From IMG/VR virus record IMGVR_UViG_3300033156_000775, positions 32,001-96,000 of that record: a stretch of 64,000 bases of DNA; one strand, written 5' to 3'. The position numbers and the translations under genes are program-made. The notes beneath the pieces were generated by a model. That model was not told where the DNA came from, did no database searches, and worked only from the letters and a program-made list of their open reading frames with translations. The DNA comes from a virus. Below are positions 1-8,850 of this stretch, piece after piece (position 1 is the first letter of the stretch; each line of letters begins with the position of its first letter).

Positions 1-597
1 ATACCATCCAGCTAGCTTCAACGCATCGGCCAAAGGCATCGGAGGAGTATGCTTGCAATTAAAATGTGATTTTTTCCAGTAATCAGAAGTCCTAATCACT
101 TTTTTCCCTGGTTGTTTCCCACTCCACTTCGCTCTAACTGGGAGATAGCAGTGAAATTTTTTGTAAAGATCTATAGCATAATAGTAATTCCAAGATTCTC
201 GTTTTTTCTTTGTCACTGCATAGGGAACAGATCCTCGCTTCCATGCATATACTCTGCCTGGTGAGAGTCCAAGCTCTTTTGCTACTTTATAATCACTCAC
301 TCCTTTCTTTAGCATAGCCATCGCCTTTTCATAGAGAGCTTCTATACTAGGATCTTGTTTAGTTGAAGATGGCAGCTTAGCTAGTACCCTATGATTGGGA
401 GTTACAAGTAAATCAAGATATTCCGTTTTGAAATGAACCATCAACCCATCATAGCTATATCTAAATTTTCTTAAGATAGGCTTAGCTTCGAGTTCTTCAG
501 TTTCTTTATTGAAAGACCAAACTAAGTCTCCTATTTTGACTTCGTTAAATGTCTTAATACCATTCGGAGTTACTAGTCGAGTATCTTCTGAGTAGCA
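1..597 (-). mobile_element. Intein (partial) in the MBL hydrolase, with an HTH insertion
   Basis: Block A CYSEDTRLVTPNGIKTF; block B LDLLVTPNHRV; HTH-like segment GVSDYKVAKELGLSPGRVYAWKRG; LAGLIDADG-like start LKLAGWY at the window edge. Confidence 0.85.
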
Positions 598-1236
598 TCC
601 TAGATGGGTGAATATGCAAACTCTAACATTAGCATCTCTACACCAAGCCAGCTGAGTACGGATATCAGCATGTCCAATAATAGTTCCTTCATCCTCCTTA
701 GCTTTTCTTATCAGACCTCCCTTCTTATGTGTGCTTAAGTCTCCAATGTACACTTGGCATCCTTTCAAGTATTTCTCTCTATCATCCTTTCTAAAAGCAG
801 CTACGTCACTAGCATAGCATATCTTTAGCTTCCCATCACTAATGATCAATGCTACATTTGGAGCTTTAACACTATGATAAATTGGGATTCCAATAGCTGA
901 AAATGTCCCTAGCTTAAACTTCTTGTTTGGAGTAAATTCTTTCAAGCTTAAATGCTCATAGTCCTGAGATTTATAATACTCAGACTTTAGAGTAAGGCTG
1001 GACAAATATACTGGAACTTTGCTGTTCCTTACTTTCTTAAGTCCCCAGAGATGGTCCGGGTGACTGTGTGAGTTGATGACGTAGCTACATTTAGGGAACT
1101 TCTCAGGTTCATATAGATCTCCAAAGTCTATTAGGAGTCTCTCTCCGTTACTCTCAACTAGAAGAGACGATCTGTTCTTATGACTCTTAGAATAAGTTTC
1201 TACGTATCCTCGTGTCCCTAGGAAATTAAGCTTGAT
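1..1236 (-). CDS. Metallo-beta-lactamase-fold hydrolase (RNase Z/PhnP-like) interrupted by an intein; runs off the left edge
   Basis: Not in the ORF track; translated by hand as IKLNFLGTRG..SSLLVESNGERLLIDFG..SHSHPDHLWG (HxHxDH motif)..IFTHLG followed by intein CYSEDT. AGGAGG RBS upstream; the apparent start codon is ATC at 1234-1236. Confidence 0.8.
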   Translation of the reverse strand, partial: MKLNFLGTRGYVETYSKSHKNRSSLLVESNGERLLIDFGDLYEPEKFPKCSYVINSHSHPDHLWGLKKVRNSKVPVYLSSLTLKSEYYKSQDYEHLSLKEFTPNKKFKLGTFSAIGIPIYHSVKAPNVALIISDGKLKICYASDVAAFRKDDREKYLKGCQVYIGDLSTHKKGGLIRKAKEDEGTIIGHADIRTQLAWCRDANVRVCIFTHLGCYSEDTRLVTPNGIKTFNEVKIGDLVWSFNKETEELEAKPILRKFRYSYDGLMVHFKTEYLDLLVTPNHRVLAKLPSSTKQDPSIEALYEKAMAMLKKGVSDYKVAKELGLSPGRVYAWKRGSVPYAVTKKKRESWNYYYAIDLYKKFHCYLPVRAKWSGKQPGKKVIRTSDYWKKSHFNCKHTPPMPLADALKLAGWY

Positions 1237-1275
1237 TGTTTATTCCTCCTAGCTATATGTAGTCCGGACTACACT

Positions 1276-2184
1276 TTAATAGTCAGCTGACATCCTATAT
1301 TTAAAATTAAACCTTATAGCCCTTGAAAGCTTGTTTTCATCTATAACAGCTATAGGTGTGAATCTCCCAGGATCTAAAATCCTAATGTTAGATAGGCTTG
1401 TCCTAGAGCTGAATAGGACTCTGTCACATAGTGAGATTAGATCATCAAGCTCATCTTGATAGAGGCTATAGACCACTATAGCTCCCTGAAGGATATATTC
1501 TGAGTATGATCTGTCTATCCATCTAGAATCAACTCTAGGCCTATCAACAATATCAACTGCAATTCTTGGGTAATTGTGTAAACTCAAATCCATACGGGGG
1601 TACTCACTGTATATCCAACCCCTAACAGCAAAGTTAAAGTACAAATCTACATTCAATGGGCTCCATGTGCCACCTTCTTCCTTGTTATAAGCTGTCCCCA
1701 CAAGATAATGAGTATCTACCGAGTCTCTCCCTATAGAGAAATAATCCACAGTTGAAGCAGTGTTCTTAGGCTCAAATACCAGCCAGTATGAAGTTTTAGA
1801 CCCTAGCATACTTGAAATTTTCAAGCTAGTAGAAACTGTAGATAGGGAAGTTGGTATGCTAGCTGCTGGAATAGATGAACTAGCTAATGTAGATCCAGAT
1901 GGCTGTCCATTAGAATCTGTTTGTAGGCTCACTACGATACCTGTATCTGGGCTTCCATATTTCCTAGCTTTGAATGTTACTGGAATAGTGTAAGAGTATG
2001 GGCTTGCTTTAGAGTAGCATTTAGAGTATGGAGTTATAGATTCAGCAAATGAAACATTAATTGTACTTCCAGCTGAGATAGTGGACATACCTGCCTCTAC
2101 AGTTCCATAGAGACACCTAGAATACAAATGGTCTCTAAGCTCATCTCTAATGATATTCTTTAAGCTGTTAAGGTTAAATGGCAT
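1276..2184 (-). CDS. Putative tail terminator/completion protein with an inserted Ser/Thr-rich beta domain
   Basis: Last gene of the capsid/head-completion run; C-terminal YPRIAV..beta-strand..DELDDL pattern is typical of tail terminators. Confidence 0.55.
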   Translation of the reverse strand: MPFNLNSLKNIIRDELRDHLYSRCLYGTVEAGMSTISAGSTINVSFAESITPYSKCYSKASPYSYTIPVTFKARKYGSPDTGIVVSLQTDSNGQPSGSTLASSSIPAASIPTSLSTVSTSLKISSMLGSKTSYWLVFEPKNTASTVDYFSIGRDSVDTHYLVGTAYNKEEGGTWSPLNVDLYFNFAVRGWIYSEYPRMDLSLHNYPRIAVDIVDRPRVDSRWIDRSYSEYILQGAIVVYSLYQDELDDLISLCDRVLFSSRTSLSNIRILDPGRFTPIAVIDENKLSRAIRFNFKYRMSADY

Positions 2185-2186
2185 AG

Positions 2187-2522
2187 CTATATCCTCTCCA
2201 ATAACCTTAAGATGTTATCTACAATTAAGGACCTAACTTCCTCCTTACTTTCGTATGCTATCTCTTCAAAGATGGAGTATAAAGATACTGGTTTAACCCT
2301 CCTGCCATAAACCCTACCTTGCCTAGAGGATTCTCTGAGTGTTGTCCGTCTAGACCTGATTACACCTCTCCATGGACGTGTCCTACCCTTGACTTCGTGC
2401 CCTATAGTTACATAGTCTGGGCCTCTTCTAACAACCAGGTTTGCATATGGAGGAGCTCTTGCTTCTAGCTTAGGGACTATAATGTTGTTAGCTGCCTCTT
2501 CCATAGCTGTAATCCTAAACAT
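2187..2522 (-). CDS. Putative neck/head-tail completion protein
   Basis: Basic 111-aa protein between the head-closure and terminator genes; call rests on synteny. Confidence 0.45.
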   Translation of the reverse strand: MFRITAMEEAANNIIVPKLEARAPPYANLVVRRGPDYVTIGHEVKGRTRPWRGVIRSRRTTLRESSRQGRVYGRRVKPVSLYSIFEEIAYESKEEVRSLIVDNILRLLERI

Positions 2523-2526
2523 TTCG

Positions 2527-2892
2527 TTACTCCCCTGACGAAATCTTGACTAAAATGGCTTCCCGAATGTCCACTGAATCTTTATGGTAGTGGTTAATTA
2601 TCTCTCTAACCTCAGTCTCAACATTGTCAGGGAGCACTACTCTGTCGTTGACACTTATAGTTACTGTACCAGAAAACAGTGCTGAGTAGTCTCCCTCTAG
2701 TCCTACTCCAAACATATTCCATACTTCACGCATTCCCCTAGTAGGAGTGACCCATGCCTTAGCTCTTAAAGTGTCAGAGTACGAGTCACTGGTAACGATC
2801 CCTTCAGAATCAGTGGACAATGATCTACGGTATATAGTGACATTCTGTCCAAACAGCTCTATCAGCTTCTCAGTTGGATATTGAAGACTCAT
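2527..2892 (-). CDS. Head-closure (head-tail joining) protein
   Basis: 121-aa beta-rich protein (GQNVTIYRR..ISVNDRV..EVREI) downstream of the adaptor gene. Confidence 0.6.
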   Translation of the reverse strand: MSLQYPTEKLIELFGQNVTIYRRSLSTDSEGIVTSDSYSDTLRAKAWVTPTRGMREVWNMFGVGLEGDYSALFSGTVTISVNDRVVLPDNVETEVREIINHYHKDSVDIREAILVKISSGE

Positions 2893-4571
2893 GTCATCAT
2901 ACTCCTTTCTAGAGTCATTTCCTCAGCTGTCTTTCTAACAGCTGATTTCTGCTTTACCAAGCTCATAATATGATAGTACTGGTCTAGATACTCTCTATAT
3001 GGCTTAACATCAAACCGTAATCTGATTGGTCCCCTAGCAATGGATATTGGAATAGCAGTGTACTTCTTAACATAGAACAAGAAAGCAGTTAGATAGGAAC
3101 ATGCTAGCTTAACCAGCTCCCAGTTGATGTTCTCTTCCCAGGTGTAGGAATAGTTACAAGTTATTTTTTCTATAGTTGAAGCTGGAGCTGAAGACAGCAC
3201 TATTTCCCCTAAGTCAGTATAGATTGTGGACACTGGAACCGTAGACCTTGTAGATGGATCTGAGCTGTCAGGCCACTGATAGACTGTGACATCAGATCCA
3301 GTTACAGCTTTGTCTCCATCTATATCAGCTATTGGGTAGTAAGCAGTAGTGAATGTGGTGTTAGTATTTCCACACCATACAGGCTTACCATTTCTAACGA
3401 TGTACATTATATGATTTGGGACAATAGCACAGTAAACTTTGCCTTTATAGTTTTCAATTGTAAACGATCTTGTGGAATTCCTCTTTCTTGGAAACCAATA
3501 AGGATAAAACCATTTGGTTCTAGGTATAATCTCCCAAGTTGTTTCAGTTGCGACAGTCGTACCTCTTGGAGTTCTAATTAAGTCCCCTTTCTTACTAGCA
3601 ATTCTGTAAGATGCAGATCTTCCTAACTTAAGATTTAATTCAATCATCTGGTCTCTTAATCGTCTGGAGCAGGTCCAGAAATGATTGTTAGATTTTTGTC
3701 CATCCCCTAAAATCAAAGCATCATGTAAAATCTGGAGTTGATCCTTATCTAATTGAAGAAATTCATTAGGAATAAAGCGTTCATTTTTTCTACCTAGTTT
3801 CTTAAGGTAATGGTGCAGAGCTTTAGATCTAACTGTAATCTCAAAGGATTCTGTAGCTGGGTTATAATATAGATAAGCCAGTTCCGGGAAACATCTCCTA
3901 GTATCCTCGTACATTTTCTTATATGATTCTTTCTTTTGAATTATTTTGACACTATAGTCATAAGTATTCTCTTCATAATCTAGAGTGCCATCAGTTATGT
4001 AGTACCCTAGAAACTTTAACCAGTCATTCATCGCTAGTTTTAAGTCACCTAATTTAAAGACTTCTATATGTTCACCTTTCCATTTTCCAGTTGTGATGAA
4101 TCTACATCTTTTGTCTTTCATATATTTAGCCTGAATTCGCCTATAGGAAGTGAAATAATCCTTGTTATTTTTCCTTTTTCTAATTTTAACATACATCCAA
4201 TGGTCAGGCGTGACGCATATATCAAGTGTTTTCGTCCTAAAGTGGTACATTTCGCCATTGTAATCTAGTTCTACTAGCTTTAATGGTTTTTGAAACTCTA
4301 TCTCTTGGGTTTCTGGGTTTAATGTGCAGATTTCGTCATCGTAATCAAGATCCTTAAAGAACTTTAATCCAGCCTTGGTTAATACCATAGTCTGGTCATC
4401 GTAGCATCCATCAATATTTCCACTTAGCTGCTCATCATGGACAGATATTGTTAGATCTTCTATAATCATTTGGGTGCTAAGGTCGATAAGGTCGCTAAGA
4501 TCCGAGTCATCAATGTCTGAAGCTGTAATGTCTGTTAACGCCCTAACATCAGGAACTGTACAATATCCCAA
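2889..4571 (-). CDS. Head-tail adaptor/connector protein containing a LAGLIDADG intein
   Basis: N-terminus YCTVPDVRAL and C-terminal VKLACSYLTA are typical of gp6/gp15-like adaptors; immediately follows the capsid gene; intein at aa 56-402. Confidence 0.75.
   Translation of the reverse strand: MGYCTVPDVRALTDITASDIDDSDLSDLIDLSTQMIIEDLTISVHDEQLSGNIDGCYDDQTMVLTKAGLKFFKDLDYDDEICTLNPETQEIEFQKPLKLVELDYNGEMYHFRTKTLDICVTPDHWMYVKIRKRKNNKDYFTSYRRIQAKYMKDKRCRFITTGKWKGEHIEVFKLGDLKLAMNDWLKFLGYYITDGTLDYEENTYDYSVKIIQKKESYKKMYEDTRRCFPELAYLYYNPATESFEITVRSKALHHYLKKLGRKNERFIPNEFLQLDKDQLQILHDALILGDGQKSNNHFWTCSRRLRDQMIELNLKLGRSASYRIASKKGDLIRTPRGTTVATETTWEIIPRTKWFYPYWFPRKRNSTRSFTIENYKGKVYCAIVPNHIMYIVRNGKPVWCGNTNTTFTTAYYPIADIDGDKAVTGSDVTVYQWPDSSDPSTRSTVPVSTIYTDLGEIVLSSAPASTIEKITCNYSYTWEENINWELVKLACSYLTAFLFYVKKYTAIPISIARGPIRLRFDVKPYREYLDQYYHIMSLVKQKSAVRKTAEEMTLERSMMT
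3366..4406 (-). mobile_element. Intein with homing endonuclease in the head-tail adaptor
   Basis: G|CYDDQTMVLT start; ICVTPDHW block B; FLGYYITDG and ALILGDG LAGLIDADG motifs; ends VWCGN followed by Thr(+1). Confidence 0.9.
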
Positions 4572-4681
4572 TTTTATGCACCTTCTAGTGTAGTCCGGAC
4601 TACACCTTGTAAAGAATGAACTTAGCCTCCTACTTGTAGAGGAGACTAGTTCAAGACTACTTATCCTTTAAACTAGGAGCC

Positions 4682-5752
4682 CTAAGCAGCTGGATATGTA
4701 GAGTCACTTGAAGCTGCATTCACAACCAGTGCAACTGCAAGTGTGTCAGCAACACCAAAGTTTCTCTCAGCCCAGAAGTTGTACCAGACTGAGTCGTACT
4801 CAGGCTTGTCCTGCCTGTGTCCCTCAAGGTCTCTCTTGATGACATCGTATCCAAGTCTAGATGAGTCCACAACTATGGCTGCTCCCTCAGGAGCTCTGGT
4901 GCTAAGCAGGACCTTCATACCAAAGATCTTCCCTATCTCACCATTCAGGATGGCTTCCCTGTCCCCATAGGCTGAGGCATCTACAAACTTCAAGTTGGTG
5001 TCAAAGAGCAATGTAGCTAGGTCAACAGGGTTAAGAATAACTATATCTGGGTTTCTCTTTTGTCCAACTACCTTAGCTCTGGCCCTCATAAGATCCTTAG
5101 CTGACAGTGAACCAGCATTGGTAGCAGCAACCCACATGGTGTTCCCTTTCTGCATGTTGGGATACTCAGTCACTACAGTGGCAGCTGCAACTGAACCAGT
5201 TAAGGTAATAGTCCCTGTGTCATACTGAACATTTGCAATGGTAGCTCCACTAACAGATATGATTCTAAGGATTGGGACATTGGTAGCTGCATCAACCGAG
5301 TCATTTGAAATAGCTACAGTTTCTCTCTTCAGGTCCATCATTATGGTCTGAGCCTGGTCATCAACAGCCTCAGCATACTCCAATCCAGCTTCGTAGATGT
5401 GGTCTTTGATCACATCTCTCAAAGCCTGCTCTAGAGCTTCATTAGTGAATTCAAGCTTGATACCTACTTTCTCAACACTTACTGTGACAGCGTCATATGC
5501 AAATGAAGAAGCTGACACTGTGCTCCCTGGAGATACTCCCCAGGTAACAGATATGCCAGTACCCTTCTTTGGGAACTGTATCTGTCTAGGCTTACCAGCT
5601 CCTACAAGGTCTCTGTTAGGCTTGAATAGCTGGGCAAACACACAGGCTCCCCTAGCTACCTCTTCAATAGAGTCTGCAATAGCCTTGCCAGTAATAGCTG
5701 CAACATCAGCAGTTCCTACTCCTAGTTCTTCTAATGTTTTAATCGCATTCAC
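4682..5752 (-). CDS. Major capsid protein (HK97 fold)
   Basis: Motifs ILNPVD..L, ILNGEIGKIFGMKV and KVGIKLEFTNEALE; probable GTG start at 5752 after AGGAGA, rather than the ORF-track start at 5767. Confidence 0.85.
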   Translation of the reverse strand: MNAIKTLEELGVGTADVAAITGKAIADSIEEVARGACVFAQLFKPNRDLVGAGKPRQIQFPKKGTGISVTWGVSPGSTVSASSFAYDAVTVSVEKVGIKLEFTNEALEQALRDVIKDHIYEAGLEYAEAVDDQAQTIMMDLKRETVAISNDSVDAATNVPILRIISVSGATIANVQYDTGTITLTGSVAAATVVTEYPNMQKGNTMWVAATNAGSLSAKDLMRARAKVVGQKRNPDIVILNPVDLATLLFDTNLKFVDASAYGDREAILNGEIGKIFGMKVLLSTRAPEGAAIVVDSSRLGYDVIKRDLEGHRQDKPEYDSVWYNFWAERNFGVADTLAVALVVNAASSDSTYPAA

Positions 5753-5767
5753 TCTCCTACAGCTCAA

Positions 5768-5935
5768 TATTCAAGGTAGAAGGATTATATAAAGCTATAT
5801 CTGCACTACAGTGTAGTCCGGACTACACTTCTCAATGAATAAGCTTATTAACTTCCACCTTACATTCTATAGCTTGACATCCAAGAGGGATGGATGTTCT
5901 GTATTAAAACCTCAAGAGGAGGTTAGGATAAGAGA
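5768..5935. promoter_or_regulatory. Divergent promoter region between the capsid operon and the tail operon, centred on a palindrome copy
   Basis: AT-rich TATA-like boxes (TTATATAAAG near 5785, TTATTAA near 5845) flank AGTGTAGTCCGGACTACACT at 5810-5829. Confidence 0.55.
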
Positions 5936-6886
5936 ATGAGCTACTATACAGACCGCTATGTGAAGTTTGGACAGGAAACTTCATGGGCTACTGCTGTCAC
6001 TCCAGACACATTTAGCAATTACCTGCTTAGGTTTGAAGGTGGATGGACAGATAATAGAGTAGATGAACCTGTAATTGCAGGGGAAAGGGATGCTAAGTCT
6101 AGGACCTATGTCCATAGAGAAGTAGCAGCTGTAATGCAGGTTCAGCCAGTGTCAGCCAGATGGTTTGAGCACTGTCTAGGAAGCCTAGATACTGCTGCTG
6201 GTAACTCTTTACCAGCTACCTTGACTCCTGGGTCTACACTGCCATCTATCACAGCTCAGAGAGTCTATAATCCAGTTCCAGGGGCTGAAGAGAATGCTCT
6301 TAAGCTTTGGGGCTTGAAAGTGGACACTTGGGAGCTTACAATAGAGCAGAGTGAAGACATAGTGCTAGAAATGAACTATGCTGGACATGACGGTACAATT
6401 GAAACTGTATCTTACTCAGCTCCATCAATAGACTATACTATCCCAGCTATGGCCTTCCACAATGCAGTTCTCAAATACAATGGAGACCCAATTAGGTTTA
6501 GGAGACTAGTAATTTCAGGGGACAACAATCTGGAGGCTAGATTCGAATCTGGAGGGACTCTTGGGAACACATTCTGCTGTCAGGAGCTAAGGGAAGGTGG
6601 ATGTGACATTAGTGGAAGGTTACAGCTAGACACTTCCCTAAGTACATACGCAGCTAATGTCCTCTCTAGAAGCGAAGGTACACTTGAATGTTCAATACAG
6701 ACATCAGCAGCTACAGTGGTTATTACATTGAGTAATGTAGCATTTGATGAATATAGAGAACCAATTACAGGGCTAGACGTCATAGAAGTTGAGATTCCAT
6801 TTAGCTGTAGAAGAGTAGATGCTAACACTCCAGCAATCCAGATGGTACAGAAGGGAACTGGACTCTGGACGGCTCTGAAGTACTAG
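5936..6886 (+). CDS. Major tail tube protein
   Basis: N-terminal FGQETSWATAVTP, plus LPSIT, GLKVDTWELTI and DISGRL patterns of siphoviral tail tube proteins; precedes the chaperone and tape measure genes. Confidence 0.8.
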   Translation: MSYYTDRYVKFGQETSWATAVTPDTFSNYLLRFEGGWTDNRVDEPVIAGERDAKSRTYVHREVAAVMQVQPVSARWFEHCLGSLDTAAGNSLPATLTPGSTLPSITAQRVYNPVPGAEENALKLWGLKVDTWELTIEQSEDIVLEMNYAGHDGTIETVSYSAPSIDYTIPAMAFHNAVLKYNGDPIRFRRLVISGDNNLEARFESGGTLGNTFCCQELREGGCDISGRLQLDTSLSTYAANVLSRSEGTLECSIQTSAATVVITLSNVAFDEYREPITGLDVIEVEIPFSCRRVDANTPAIQMVQKGTGLWTALKY

Positions 6887-6905
6887 AATAAAGAGGTGTC
6901 TAAGC

Positions 6906-7313
6906 GTGAACAGCAAATCGAAATATAGGATCAAGCTAGAGGATGTGCTCTTTAACGAGCCATGGGAGGTAGAGGTCCCTGGAGTTGGGACTGTCCTGGT
7001 TAGAGACCCAACTGAAAGGGACAGGATAGAAGCTAGGAAGGCAGCTAGGAAGCATCCTCTATGGGATGAACTGAATGATGTAGAGAAATCAGCTGAGATT
7101 CAGAAGCACCTAGCTAGGATCATGCTGGTTGAACCTAAGATATCTGAGGAGGACTATTTCAAGGCTAACTCAAATGTCATGAATGCTATACTTGACACTG
7201 TCTCCATGGTCTATGTTAAGAAGGTCAATGAGCTAACCAAGAAACGTCAGGAGCTCATAAGGGATTTTTTAGGAGCCCTGAAGGAAGGAAATCTATTGAG
7301 TTCTGGGAGCTAG
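6906..7313 (+). CDS. Tail assembly chaperone (lambda gpG-like)
   Basis: Lies between the tail tube and tape measure genes; slippery heptamer T TTT TTA at 7265-7271 near its 3' end. Confidence 0.75.
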   Translation: MNSKSKYRIKLEDVLFNEPWEVEVPGVGTVLVRDPTERDRIEARKAARKHPLWDELNDVEKSAEIQKHLARIMLVEPKISEEDYFKANSNVMNAILDTVSMVYVKKVNELTKKRQELIRDFLGALKEGNLLSSGS

Positions 7314-7495
7314 TTAAAGCCATGAACTATGACTTCAAGAGGGCTAGGGAGGTGTTCCTTGAGCTCACAGATGTCCAGAGACAGTGGATAGGTATGATGG
7401 TGAAGATAGATCAGATAAGGGCTAAGGATATAGAGGCTAAGCACAAAGTAGAAGCTACAATGAGTAAGGTGTTCAGGAGAGGTAGGTATGTCTGA
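7265..7495 (+). CDS. -1 frameshift extension of the tail chaperone (gpGT-like)
   Basis: The -1 frame is open from the slippery site (FFRSPEGRKSIEFWELVKAMNY..RRGRYV*) to a TGA overlapping the start of the tape measure gene. Confidence 0.7.
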   Translation, partial: FFRSPEGRKSIEFWELVKAMNYDFKRAREVFLELTDVQRQWIGMMVKIDQIRAKDIEAKHKVEATMSKVFRRGRYV

Positions 7496-8810
7496 GATCC
7501 CTATTAAGATACAGCTCCAGCTTGAGGAGACTCCTAGTGACATAGAGGCTAGGCTAGCAGCTATAGACAAGGAGCTGGAGAAGAAGCCTGGAGCTCTCAA
7601 GCAAATGGGTACTGCAACCCGGACTACATCCAGCCTCTTAAAATCATATTCAATAAATGTTGAAGGAGCTATTGAAAGCCAAGCCAAGCTTGGAGATGTC
7701 CTTGCAGATTTCAGAACTAAACAGATTGAGAACATAGCCCTGATGAACAAGTATGCGAGTGGACAGAAGCTGACTAGAAGTGAAATGAAGAAGCTCAATA
7801 GAGTAGTAACAGAAATGGCTAGGGGCCATGTGGCACTTTCTAATATTAATAGGAGAATAGGCCAGGAACTCTTCTGGTTAGGATTAGGAAGCATGTTCAT
7901 TGTAATGTCATATGCTAGATGGAGACGATCATCCCTAACTATAGAGAGTGCCCAGCTTTCTCTACGCAGGGCAGTTATGAGTATGGAGGAAGCTCAGAGA
8001 AGGGCTAGTGAAACCATACGGATGTATGGAGCTAGGAGTAGGGAGGCTAGAGCTGCAATACTGGATGCTGAGGAAGCAGAGCTGTCATATAAGCTAGCTG
8101 TTGATCGGGTTAGAAGCAGCATTGAGCAGCAGAACTATGCTCTCTGGACGTTTATCCTGGGTGCTGTACCAACCGTGATTAGGGCAGTGTTCAGCCTCAC
8201 TAACCTGTATCTTGAGCACTATGCAGCTCAGATTCAAGCTGGAACTGGAATGACCTCACTGTATATAAAGTCCATGCTAGAGACTAAGGGATACTTGATT
8301 AAGATTCCAATTCTAAACCTTACAATCAAGTCCTATTGGGGCATGGTAGCGGCTATGGGGGCAGCTACACTTGGATTGACATTGGTTCTCTCAGCATTAT
8401 CTTACTTCCTAACTGAGATACTAATTGTGAATCCAGCTATGGAGAAAATGAAAAGCAATCTAGAAGGTATAGAGGACTCACTAGTTGGGCATTCCCTAGT
8501 GAACGCTTTAAGAGCTACTAGAGCTGAGACTTCAGAGCTACGTAGAAGCTTTGTAGATCTGGGGCAGGAGGCTTCTAGGCTTCCCTTTAAGACTGGTTCT
8601 CCTCTTGAGGTACGTACAACCTATGGATGGGCAGAGCTAGCTCCTATGGAAAGGCTTGAGCTCCCTAGAGCACAACCAAGTGTGTCTCAGGTGAACATCA
8701 ACATTCAGGGTCCATTCTACATTAGAGAGGAAGCTGACATTTCCAAGTTGGCAGCTAAGATAGGTAGGCTTCAAATGTCCAGGGTTATACGTATGAGGGG
8801 AAGGACATAG
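7488..8810 (+). CDS. Tail tape measure protein
   Basis: 440 aa, helical and Ala/Leu-rich, with hydrophobic segments; C-terminal VNINIQGP; canonical position. Confidence 0.75.
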   Translation: MSEIPIKIQLQLEETPSDIEARLAAIDKELEKKPGALKQMGTATRTTSSLLKSYSINVEGAIESQAKLGDVLADFRTKQIENIALMNKYASGQKLTRSEMKKLNRVVTEMARGHVALSNINRRIGQELFWLGLGSMFIVMSYARWRRSSLTIESAQLSLRRAVMSMEEAQRRASETIRMYGARSREARAAILDAEEAELSYKLAVDRVRSSIEQQNYALWTFILGAVPTVIRAVFSLTNLYLEHYAAQIQAGTGMTSLYIKSMLETKGYLIKIPILNLTIKSYWGMVAAMGAATLGLTLVLSALSYFLTEILIVNPAMEKMKSNLEGIEDSLVGHSLVNALRATRAETSELRRSFVDLGQEASRLPFKTGSPLEVRTTYGWAELAPMERLELPRAQPSVSQVNINIQGPFYIREEADISKLAAKIGRLQMSRVIRMRGRT

Positions 8811-8850
8811 AATGTAGTCCGGACTACACGCAGTGTAGAGGTGAATTGAG

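Noticed and set aside
7310-7900. 196-aa minus-strand ORF and the many other antisense ORFs in the track (e.g. 5397-5792, 34150-34377, 58305-58700, 63659-63949)
   Set aside because: They are shadows of well-supported genes or ncRNAs on the opposite strand, with no motifs or RBS.
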